A stretch of DNA of 64,000 nt from an uncultured Candidatus Rokubacteria bacterium (GTDB lineage: Bacteria > Methylomirabilota > Methylomirabilia > Rokubacteriales > CSP1-6), in assembly GCA_963758635.1 (NCBI GenBank), contig CAVWWD010000003.1, positions 992,001 to 1,056,000 of the forward strand, read 5' to 3'. Positions 55,520 to 64,000 of the stretch are shown piece after piece (the stretch's first letter is position 1; each line of letters opens with the position of its first letter). Position numbers and translations under genes: made by a program. The notes beneath the pieces were generated by a model, which saw only the letters and a list, made by a program, of their open reading frames with translations, ran no database searches and was not told the origin of the DNA.

Positions 55520-56465
55520 ATGGAAGCGACCGCCGTCGTGACCACGCGCGCCGCCGGGCGGCCGGCGGCGCCGGCCCGCGCGCTCGCCCGGCGCCGGCGG
55601 GAGGTGCGGCTCGCGTACCTCCTGCTGGCGCCGACGGTGATCCTGCTCGCCGGCGCCCTCGGCTATCCCCTGGGCTGGGAGATCTGGACCAGCTTCACCA
55701 GCCTGTCGCCGCTGCAGGCCGGCGCCACCGCGTTCGTCGGCCTCGACAACTACCGGAGCCAGTTCGCGGACGCCGAGTTCTGGCGCGCCGCCGTCGTCAC
55801 CCTCGTCTACAGTGCGGTGACGAGCGTGGCCAAGCTCGTCATCGGCCTCGGCTTCGCGCTCCTGCTCGCCCGCCCCTTCCGCGGCCGCGCGCTCGTGTTC
55901 CTCGCCATCTTCCTGCCGTGGGCGTACCCCGCGAGCGTCAGCGTGATCGGCTGGTTCTGGACGCTTGAACCCGCCCATCACCACCTCGTACGCCGTCTTC
56001 ATGGGCACGATCAAGTACTCGGTGGACTCGACGTTCGGAGGCGGGGCATGGGCCTTCACGAGCGTGACGCTGTTCAACATCTGGCGGGGCAGCTCGTTCA
56101 TCGGCGTCCTGCTCCTCGCCGGCATCAACGCCATCCCGCCCGAGCTGTTCGAGTACGCCACGCTCGAGTCGCGGAGCGCCTGGCGGCGGTTCTGGCTGGT
56201 GACCGTCCCGCTCCTCAAGCCCTTCCTCGCCCTCGCCGTGTTCCTCTCCCTCACGAGCGCCTTCACGGACCTCGCCAACGTGTGGATGCTCACGGCGGGG
56301 CGCATCGTGTTCCCGGTCATCGGCACCCACGCCTACTTCCTCGCCATCAAGGGCGGGATGTTCGGGCCGGCCTCCGCGCTGTCCCTCATGCTCGTGCCGT
56401 TCCTCCTCGTCGTCCTCGTGATCCTGTTCCGGCTGTTCGATCCGCCGGAGGAGGTGGAGGCGTGA
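55520..56465 (+). CDS. CUT1 ABC permease (frameshift near 55968)
   Basis: FVGLDNY, FLPWA, IWRG, degenerate EAA loop ELFEYATLES. Confidence 0.82.
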
Positions 56466-57334
56466 ACCCGCGGAGCTGGCGGGCCCGGCTCGGCCACCGG
56501 GCGCTGGTGGTCATCGCCCTCGTGTACTGCCTGTTCCCCATCTACTTCATGCTCGTGCAGTCGCTGAAGACCGCGCAGGAGGACGTGTTCGGGTACCCGC
56601 TCATCGTGATGAACCCGACCTTCGAGAACTTCGAGGAGCTGTTCACTCAGCGGGGCGAGCCGAGGGGCTTCGTGGGCAGCGCGCTGCGCCGGTCGTATCC
56701 GTTCTTCATCTGGCTGGAGAACACGGTGGTGGTCTTCACGGGCACGCTCGTGCTCACGCTCGCGGCGAGCGTGGCCGCGGGGTACGCGATCGGCCGCCTG
56801 CGCCCGCCCGGCTATCGCTGGTGGCGGCGCGTCATCTTCGCGACGTACGTCATCCCGCAGACCATCCTGTTCGTCCCGCTGTACCAGGTCGTGCACGCGA
56901 TCGGGCTGGACGACAGCCTCCTCGCCCTCGTGCTGATCTACCCCACGATGGCCTTGCCCTTCTGCGTGTGGATGCTGTCGGCGTACTTCCAGCACCTGCC
57001 GCGCGAGGTCGAGGAGGCCGCGTTCATCGAGGGGGCGAGCCGCGCCACCGCCTTTTTCCGGATCGTCCTGCCGCTCAGCCGGCCCGTGGTGGTGGCCGCC
57101 GGCATCTTCACCCTGGGCACGATCGCGAGCGACTTCATGCTCGCGTCGATCTTCCTCCTGAGCGACATCAACCAGACCATCCCCGCCGGCCTCGGCACCA
57201 TGGAGGTGGCCCTCGACGAGCTGCTCGCCGTGGCCGGCATCAACCTGATGGCGCTTCCCGTGGTGGTGATCTCCGCGTTCTTCGCGCGGGGCTACGTGCG
57301 TGGGCTCACCGCGGCCATGCTCGAGGGCTCCTGA
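56462..57334 (+). CDS. CUT1 ABC permease
   Basis: GTGA overlap; EVEEAAFIEGA. Confidence 0.85.
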   Translation: MNPRSWRARLGHRALVVIALVYCLFPIYFMLVQSLKTAQEDVFGYPLIVMNPTFENFEELFTQRGEPRGFVGSALRRSYPFFIWLENTVVVFTGTLVLTLAASVAAGYAIGRLRPPGYRWWRRVIFATYVIPQTILFVPLYQVVHAIGLDDSLLALVLIYPTMALPFCVWMLSAYFQHLPREVEEAAFIEGASRATAFFRIVLPLSRPVVVAAGIFTLGTIASDFMLASIFLLSDINQTIPAGLGTMEVALDELLAVAGINLMALPVVVISAFFARGYVRGLTAAMLEGS

Positions 57335-57339
57335 GGCAA

Positions 57340-57416
57340 TGAGCCCCGCGTATCAGACTGATGCCGAGCGGTGGGACTGTAGAGGCCCGTGGCGTTACCG
57401 GATGCTGCGCGGGTCA
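57340..57416. repeat. ~77-bp intergenic element
   Basis: TGAGCCCCGCGTATCAGACTGATGCCGAGCGGTGGGACTGTAGAGGCCCGTGGCGTTACCG...GCGCGGGTCA. Confidence 0.88.
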
Positions 57417-57421
57417 CTCGC

Positions 57422-58417
57422 TCAGGGGGCGGGGACGATGCGGATGATGCGGTGGAGGGCGCCCTCGGCGACGTAGAGAAGCCCGGCGGCGTCGACGGCG
57501 ATGCCGCCCGGGTCTCCCAGCTCGCGCGCCACCGTCGTGACGACGCCCGCCGGCGTGACCCGGTAGAGACGGCGGATGTGGAACCCGCTGTTCACGTACA
57601 CGCTGCCGTCGGGGCCCACGGTCATGTGCGTCCGGTGGTAGTGCCCGGACGGCAGGCGGACCCGGCGCCGCGCCACGCCGTCGGACCCCAGCACGAGGAT
57701 CTCGCCCACGGAGGTCAGGAAGACCAGGGCGCCGTCCGGCGCCACGGCCACCGACACGAAGCGGAACAGCGGCTCGATCCCCATGCGCCGCGCCGGAGCG
57801 CGCGGGAAGATCGGCGAGACGAGGTCCAGCCGCCGCGGCAGGGCCAGGTCGTCGCGTGGGTCGAGGCGGATCACGATGGGCCCGTGGTAGGCCTCGCCGG
57901 CCAGCCATTCGAGGCCCGGCGGCGGAGGGCGTTCGGAGCGGAGCTGCGCGTCGGGGCTGGCGTAGTCGATGGCCACGAGGCGTCCGGCCGGGTCGAAGGC
58001 GAGCGCGGAGCCCCCGACGAGATGGTTGAGGCCGGCGCCGAACAGCGTCAGCTTCGCGGGCGGGGTCAGACGGTACACGCGGTTTCCGTTCTCCTCGCCG
58101 AGGAAGAGGTCGCCGGACAGGGGGTCGATGGCGAAGCTCCCGAAGGCGACCTTCCGGGGCTCCTCGAACGGCACCACCACGCGTGGGACGCGGGAAGCGT
58201 CGATGGGCAGCCCGCGCGGATCGAGCCGGACGATCTCGGCGGCGGCGTCTCCACGCCAGCCGTGGCTCAGGACGACGATCCGTCCCGCCACGTCCACGTC
58301 CAGGTGCACCGGCCGCGGGAGGCCGGTGGCCACCACCTCGACCCGGAACCCGGAGGCCACCTCGACCTCCGCGCCGGCCGCCGCGGCGGCGAGCGCCAGC
58401 GTGACGCCCAGCGCCAC
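57422..58417 (-). CDS. Secreted NHL/SMP-30-like beta-propeller protein
   Basis: Signal peptide, VVATGLPRP, GIAVDAAGLLYVAE; start uncertain. Confidence 0.7.
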   Translation of the reverse strand: MALGVTLALAAAAAGAEVEVASGFRVEVVATGLPRPVHLDVDVAGRIVVLSHGWRGDAAAEIVRLDPRGLPIDASRVPRVVVPFEEPRKVAFGSFAIDPLSGDLFLGEENGNRVYRLTPPAKLTLFGAGLNHLVGGSALAFDPAGRLVAIDYASPDAQLRSERPPPPGLEWLAGEAYHGPIVIRLDPRDDLALPRRLDLVSPIFPRAPARRMGIEPLFRFVSVAVAPDGALVFLTSVGEILVLGSDGVARRRVRLPSGHYHRTHMTVGPDGSVYVNSGFHIRRLYRVTPAGVVTTVARELGDPGGIAVDAAGLLYVAEGALHRIIRIVPAP

Positions 58418-58455
58418 GACCGCGGCCCGACAGCCGCTCGGGACGAAGCTCGACC

Positions 58456-58485
58456 TTGACAGGCGAAACCGCCGGATGCTAGTCT
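58456..58485 (+). promoter_or_regulatory. sigma70 promoter of the cupin gene
   Basis: TTGACA-18 bp-TAGTCT with extended TG. Confidence 0.55.
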
Positions 58486-58591
58486 CCGGCCGCCGAAATC
58501 GCCCGCCGAGCGGCGGCGGCGGTCCGCCGGCTGAGCGTCGCGCTCCCGGGGTCTCCTCGATCACCGCGATCACTGCACGGGAGGTGCACCG

Positions 58592-59041
58592 ATGACTGTC
58601 AGACTGATGGCTCCGATCCTCGTCGCGCTCCTCGCCGGCCTCGTCCCGGCGCCGGCTCTCGCCCAGGACGCGAAGAAGCCCCAGGGGATCACGACGCGCA
58701 ATCTCGTCACGTCGCTGGGCGGCTTCAGCGCGACGGTGTCGGCCCCGGTGTTCCTCAACGGCGCCACGGTCGAGCTCGCGCCGAACGGGCAGACGGGGCG
58801 TCAGCAGTTCCGGGTGCCCACGTACATCTACGTCATCGAGGGCATCCTCACCACCGAGTACGAGGCGGGGCCCGTGGGCATCATGGGCGCGCAGTACCAC
58901 GCGGCGGGTCAGTCGTTCATGGACAACGGGGGTTGGTGGCACAATCACGTCAACCGCGGGGCCAAGCCGGTGAAGTACCTGATGCTTCACGTCGGCTACC
59001 CCGGCCGGCCCGATCCGATCCTGAAGCCCGAAGCCGAGTAG
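58592..59041 (+). CDS. Secreted cupin-domain protein
   Basis: Signal peptide, YVIEG, AGQSF, WHNHVN; RBS GGAGG. Confidence 0.75.
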   Translation: MTVRLMAPILVALLAGLVPAPALAQDAKKPQGITTRNLVTSLGGFSATVSAPVFLNGATVELAPNGQTGRQQFRVPTYIYVIEGILTTEYEAGPVGIMGAQYHAAGQSFMDNGGWWHNHVNRGAKPVKYLMLHVGYPGRPDPILKPEAE

Positions 59042-59087
59042 GCGTCACGCCCGGCGCGGCCCCCGCACACCAGGCCGCGCCGGGCGC

Positions 59088-59948
59088 TTACTTTCCGACC
59101 CCGCCCGTGATGCCCTGGATGAACCGGTCCAGGAAGAAGTTGTAGAGCAGCGCCACCGGCAGGCCCACCAGCAGCGCCGCCCCCATCAGCGATCCCCAGA
59201 AGTACACGTCGCCGCGGATCAGCTCCGTCGGCACCCCGACGGGCACCGGCTTCTGGTCGCCGGGGGCGACGAAGGCGAGCCCGTAGAGGAAGTCCTGCAT
59301 GGACAGCGTGAAGGCGAAGATGACCAACGTCAGCACGCCAGGCACGCTGACCGGGAGCACCACGCGGAGGAAGGCGCCCAGGTAGCCGCAGCCGTCCACG
59401 CGCGCCGCCTCCTCCATCTCCATCGGGACCGTCTTGAAGAAGCCCATCATGAGCCACGTACAGAAGGGGATCGTGAACGTCGGGTAGACGACCACCAGCG
59501 CCCACCACGAGTCCTGGAGGCCCAGCTCCGCCACCACCCGCGAGAGCGGCAGGAACAGGATGATCGGAGGCACCAGGTACGTCATGAACACCGTGATCCC
59601 GGTGTTCTCGGCGCCGGGCAGCCGGAGCCGGGCGAGCGCGTAGCCGGCGGGCACGGCGCAGAGCAGGGTGATCACCGCCACCCACGCGGCGATCGTCATG
59701 GTGTTCACGATCCAGGCCCCATAGTTCGTCTGAAAGAACAGCGTCTTGAAGTGCTTGAGGGTGGGGGCCATGTTGAACCAGAACGGGATGTTCTCCATCC
59801 GGTACAGGTCCGGATCCTGCTTGAAGGCGGTGATCGCCATCCAGTAGATGGGGAACACCGCGATCAGGACGTACGGCGTCAGCGCCGCGTAGACGAGGAG
59901 ATGCCGCTTGCGCTCCTTCTGCCTGAACGTGGCCTCGGTGGTGGCCAC
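59088..59948 (-). CDS. CUT1 ABC permease (MalG-like)
   Basis: EMEEAARVDGC. Confidence 0.9.
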   Translation of the reverse strand: MATTEATFRQKERKRHLLVYAALTPYVLIAVFPIYWMAITAFKQDPDLYRMENIPFWFNMAPTLKHFKTLFFQTNYGAWIVNTMTIAAWVAVITLLCAVPAGYALARLRLPGAENTGITVFMTYLVPPIILFLPLSRVVAELGLQDSWWALVVVYPTFTIPFCTWLMMGFFKTVPMEMEEAARVDGCGYLGAFLRVVLPVSVPGVLTLVIFAFTLSMQDFLYGLAFVAPGDQKPVPVGVPTELIRGDVYFWGSLMGAALLVGLPVALLYNFFLDRFIQGITGGVGK

Positions 59949-59951
59949 GTC

Positions 59952-60887
59952 CTAGTACTCCCGCCGCTTGAGGTTGCGGAGGAACAGGAACATCACGGGG
60001 GCGAGGAGCGGCACCAGGAACAGCGCGATGGCCGCGCCCCGGCCGAGGCTGCCCGCCTGGATGCCGATCTGATAGGCGAGCACGGGCAGGATCTTCGTCG
60101 CGTTGGCCGGCCCCCCCTGGGTGAGCAGGTACACCACGGACAGGTCGGAGAGCGTGAACACCGTGTCGAAGAGGAAGCCGATCATCAGGATGGGGAAGAT
60201 CATCGGCGCGACCACGTGGCGGAACCGCTGGAAGAAGCTGCAGCCGTCCACCTTGGCCGCGTCGAGCACCTCGGGCGGCACCGACGTGAAGCCGGCGAGG
60301 AGGACGATGGCCGAGAACGGAAAGCTCCGCCACACGTTCACCGCGATGCACGCCATGAGGGCGAGCGTGGGGTCGCCGAGCCACACCGGCCACGACGCGC
60401 TGCCGTAGGCGCCGATCAGCCCCATCCGGCTGAGCACCCAGTTGATCACGCTGAACTGGGAGTCGTACATCCACTTCCAGGCGAGCACGCTGATCGCCAC
60501 GGGGAGCGTGAAGGGGATCACCACGAGGCCGCGCACGAGCTTCTTGCCGGGGAACTCCTGGAGGAGCAGGAAGGCCAGCGATGTCCCGAGGAGGCTTTTG
60601 AAGATGGCGGCGACCACGAGGAAGATGATGCTGTTCTTGACGGCGATCCAGAACGTCTCCATCTCCCACGCGGCGCGGAAGTTCTCGAGCCCGACGAAGC
60701 TCGCCGCGGGGTCGCCGACGCTGGCGTCCGAGACGGCCAGCCAGAGGGAGAAGAGGAACGGCACGCCAACGAGCAGGAGCACGTAGACGACGGCGGGCGC
60801 GAGCAGGAGGTAGCCGAACGCGAGGCGTCGAGACGTTCTGGCTGCGGGGCCAGCCGCGCCGCCCGGCGCGCGGGAGCGTAGAGACAA
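59952..60887 (-). CDS. CUT1 ABC permease (MalF-like)
   Basis: FVGLENF, VLDAAKVDGC, TQGGPANAT; the start may be ATG 60942 with an indel. Confidence 0.88.
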   Translation of the reverse strand: MSLRSRAPGGAAGPAARTSRRLAFGYLLLAPAVVYVLLLVGVPFLFSLWLAVSDASVGDPAASFVGLENFRAAWEMETFWIAVKNSIIFLVVAAIFKSLLGTSLAFLLLQEFPGKKLVRGLVVIPFTLPVAISVLAWKWMYDSQFSVINWVLSRMGLIGAYGSASWPVWLGDPTLALMACIAVNVWRSFPFSAIVLLAGFTSVPPEVLDAAKVDGCSFFQRFRHVVAPMIFPILMIGFLFDTVFTLSDLSVVYLLTQGGPANATKILPVLAYQIGIQAGSLGRGAAIALFLVPLLAPVMFLFLRNLKRREY

Positions 60888-60938
60888 CAGCGGCCCGGGC
60901 GCCTGCCGCGTCCGGGCCGCCGCGCTGCGACGGAAGGG

Positions 60939-62265
60939 TCATGCGCGCTTGTGCTTCGCGAAGATCCGCCGGTACTCGCCCATGCACCACTTCATGGCGT
61001 TGTCGATGCTCTCGCCGCGGGCGACACGGGTGAAGGTGTCGGGCACCACGAAGAGGTTGACGACCTCCTGAATGGGCGTGACGAACGGGCCGGGGTAGCC
61101 GTAGAAGGCGACGATGGGCGGGAAGTCCTGGAGGATCTGCATCTTGGGATCGGTGCCGATCACGGGCATCGGCTTCTTGGCGAAGCCGTTCAGGTACGGC
61201 ATGTTGTAGCCGCGGCTGGCCACCATGCCCTCGCTGAACGTGTCGACCATGTGGGTCGAGGAAGTCCTTGGCGCCCTGCTGGTTCTTGGAGAACTTCCAC
61301 ACCATCCAGACGTTGGCCGCGCACGTGTTGATCCGCTTGCCTCCGGGCCCGGCCGGCTCCATGGCCACCACGGTGTTCTTGAACACGTCGGGGTTGGTGT
61401 CTTCCGTGGTCCGGTACGCGGAGATCGCGTCGTGGATCCAGCACGCGACGCCGGAGGCGAGGTACCGGTTGTCGGAGGCGTCGTCCCACGAGAACACCTC
61501 GGGGGTCATGCCCTCGTCGAAGAGCGCCTTGGCGAAGCGGAGCGCCTCGCGCGTCTCCTTGGAGTCGATCAGGACGTTCTCGCCGGAGGCATCGAGCTCG
61601 GCCCCGCCGAAGCTGAACAGGAGCGACCGCCAGTTCAGGTTGGCGTCGGCGCACTGCGAGAACTGGATGCCCGTGGGATGGCCCTTGGGCTTCAGCGTCC
61701 GGGCGGCCACGCGCGCCAGCTCCCAGGTGTCGGGCGCCTTGAGGTTGTTGGCGTCGAACAGGTCCTTCCGGTACAGCATGGGCAGGAGGATGTAGAAGAG
61801 CGGGATGCCGTACGTCCGGCCCTCGGCCTCGACGAGGGCCTTGGCCGTGGGGATCCACCCGCCGTGCTTCTTGCCCGCCGCCTCGTAAACGTCGGTGAGG
61901 TCGTACAGGCTCTTGTAGTAGAGCCGCGTCAGGATCGACGAGCCGTTCATGATGATGTCGTGGCCCGCCCCCGCCGCGTACTCCGCGGCCATGCGCGCCG
62001 GGATCTCGAGATGGGGGATGTGGTCCACGCGGACCTTGACGTTGTTCTTCTGGCCCCACGCCTCGGCCAGCTTGTCGAACCGAACGTCGTAGGCCGGGAT
62101 GAAATGGCTCCACTGGAGGATGCGCAGCGTCGTGCCCCGCGTCTGGGCGGGCGCCTGGCGCGCGGCCAGCATGGTCGGGATCGTCGCGCCCGCCACTCCG
62201 AGCCCAGCGGTCTTGACGAAATCGCGCCGGCTAACCGTGGGGTGGTCCTGGTTGTCTGGGGTCAT
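60939..62265 (-). CDS. CUT1 ABC substrate-binding protein, Tat signal (frameshift near 61255)
   Basis: SRRDFVK, WSHFIP, WDDASDNR; RBS CAGGAGG. Confidence 0.88.
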
Positions 62266-62547
62266 GCCGCACCTCCTGTGTGAGGTTCGTTCCGGTGAAC
62301 GACGGCGTACCTGCCGGATGTCCAATGGCTACGGGAAGTCTTCGGGCGGGCCGCCTTCCCGCCAGACCCTGCTCGGCTGCTGGACCGTGCCCCGGCTGGA
62401 TGTGTCCGAGGGGCGCTTACCTTCGGAGCCGGATTAGCAGGGCAAATACCATCCGTGGCGGCGATTGTCAAGGTCGGGGCATTCGCCGCGTCATCGCCGG
62501 GCCTCGTTCCGCCTCCTGGGGTGGCCACCTGGCCCCGATCCAGGTAT

Positions 62548-62624
62548 CGAGCCTCGCGCATCAGACTAATGCCGAGCGGTGGGACTATAGGGGGCCCGTG
62601 GCGTTACCGTATTCTGCGAAGGCA
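62548..62624. repeat. ~77-bp intergenic element
   Basis: GAGCCTCGCGCATCAGACTAATGCCGAGCGGTGGGACTATAGGGGGCCCGTGGCGTTACCG. Confidence 0.85.
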
Positions 62625-62643
62625 TTAGCCGGATGGCCGAGGG

Positions 62644-63074
62644 TCAGCCGAGGAGGCCCCGGCGGACGGCCTCGACTGCGGCGCGCGTCCGGTCCGGCAC
62701 CTCCAGCTTGGCGAGTACCCGCTGGACGTACTTCTTCACGGTGGCCGGGCTCCACCGGAGGCGCGCGCCGATCTGCCGGTTCGTGAGCCCATCGGCCATG
62801 AGCGGGTCCAGCTCCACCCGAGGGCCTCCTGGCGGGTGCGCTCCCGCCAGGCCCGCACCGCGAGGGCGGTGATGCCGGCCACGAGCAGCACCTGCATGGA
62901 ATGCAGCGCGAGGGTGAGCGGGCCGACGGGGCCGTGCGGGGCCTCGAGCGCGACGAACTCCACCAGCTCCCAGCCCGCCATGGCCACGAAGACCGCGGCG
63001 AGGCCGAGCTCGCGGTGCCGCGCGAGCGCCGCGCGCCACGGGCCAGCGCTCGGGTCCGCGGCGTCCGGCGTCAT
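62644..63074 (-). pseudogene. Chimera of a 2-TM sensor-like N-terminus and a LuxR HTH C-terminus
   Basis: Two TM helices ending RERTRQEAL, joined out of frame near 62820 to LMADGLTNRQIGARL..SPATVKKYV..VLAKL...DRTRAAVEAVRRGLL. Confidence 0.6.
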
Positions 63075-64000
63075 GCCGCGCGGGCCAGGACGCGGGCGGG
63101 CGGCCGCAGCCCGAGGCCGGTGACGATGCCGGCGGCGCCCAGCGCGAACGAGACGAGGAACAGGCCCTGGTAGGAGCCGAACGTGTCGTGGATGGCGCCG
63201 CCCGCCCACGAGCCCAGGCCCATGCCCGTGCACGAGATCACGAACACCGCCCCGTACACCGTGCCCATGACCCGCTCGCCGAAGTACTCGCGGGTGAGGA
63301 GCGCGTAGAGCGGCATGGCCGCGCCGTACGCGATGCCGAACAGCACGCCGAGCGCGTAGAGCCCGCCGGTCGTCTGCACGAACAGGTACGTCGACACCAT
63401 CAGGGCCTGGAAGACGAGCGCGACCACCAGCGTCTGCTTGGCGCCCCATCGGTCGGCCACGACGCCCGTCACGACGCGGCCCCCGATCGACGCGAGCCCC
63501 GACGCGCCGAGGATGCCGGCTGCCGTCATGCTTGCCACACCCTGGTCGATGGCGTGCGACACCATGTGGAAGATGGGGCCGGAGTGGGCGGCGCAGCACG
63601 CGAAGTGGGTGAGCGCGATGGCCCAGAACGGCCACGTGCGCACGGCGGCGGCGCCGGCGTTGGCGATGGAGGGCGGGGCGGCGCCGCCGCGGGCGAGCGG
63701 TGCGCGCGCCGGCCGCGCCTCGCCCGGCGCGGGCCGGAGCAGCAGCGCGGCGGGGATGACCACGAGCCAGGCGAGGTCGCCCAGCATCCAGAACGTCGTC
63801 CGCCAGTCGAAGGTGTCGATGAGCCAGCGGGTGAGCGGTGAGAGGACGAGGATGCCGAAGCCGTTCCCGGAGGACACGACCGCCGCGGCCATGCCGCGCC
63901 GATCGTCGAACCACTTCACCGCCGTCACCGTCAGGGGCACGTAAAAGCAGCTCACGCCGCCGCCCACGAGGACCCCGAACGTGATGTAGAAGTGCCACGG
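63071..64000 (-). CDS. MFS transporter (partial; start lies beyond the window)
   Basis: KWFDDRRG, GVVADRWG, REYFG; paralog of the gene at 727-1983. Confidence 0.85.
   Translation of the reverse strand, partial: PWHFYITFGVLVGGGVSCFYVPLTVTAVKWFDDRRGMAAAVVSSGNGFGILVLSPLTRWLIDTFDWRTTFWMLGDLAWLVVIPAALLLRPAPGEARPARAPLARGGAAPPSIANAGAAAVRTWPFWAIALTHFACCAAHSGPIFHMVSHAIDQGVASMTAAGILGASGLASIGGRVVTGVVADRWGAKQTLVVALVFQALMVSTYLFVQTTGGLYALGVLFGIAYGAAMPLYALLTREYFGERVMGTVYGAVFVISCTGMGLGSWAGGAIHDTFGSYQGLFLVSFALGAAGIVTGLGLRPPARVLARAA

Noticed and set aside
55520..57334. Fused double permease (604 aa)
   Set aside because: A frameshift near 55968 makes the first permease read into the second, which has its own GTG overlapping the true stop at 56465

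Overview
Very GC-rich bacterial chromosomal segment. The gene content (many paralogous branched-chain and CUT1 sugar ABC systems, Tat-exported binding proteins) suggests Candidatus Rokubacteria/Methylomirabilota, but this is inference only. Many genes carry single-base frameshifts, often in G/C runs, which looks like uncorrected long-read error, so several long ORFs in the track are false fusions. In order, the window holds: a thiolase-like gene, an MFS transporter and uvrA; a Fur/PerR-rubrerythrin-FeS oxidoreductase-DUF3501-cytochrome c operon; a PuuD-like gene, a tiny hyper-acidic protein and tRNA-Met; a GT4-PTPS-PTPS-folE-SDR pterin cluster followed by an ErpA/IscA carrier, moaD/E, tilS, a DegQ protease and an NtrC-type regulator; an orphan SBP/LysR pair; a peroxiredoxin-like selenoprotein (in-frame UGA plus SECIS hairpin); pmtA, DHH and KefC-like genes, a rhomboid and an M23 peptidase; a hydroquinone dioxygenase/VOC/FAH/ABC catabolic cluster; a uppS-regulator-DUF4173 cassette; and a large CUT1 ABC array. 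Best leads: the probable glycosylated-pterin pathway, the hidden selenoprotein, an atypical hydroquinone pathway and a recurrent ~77-bp structured intergenic element.
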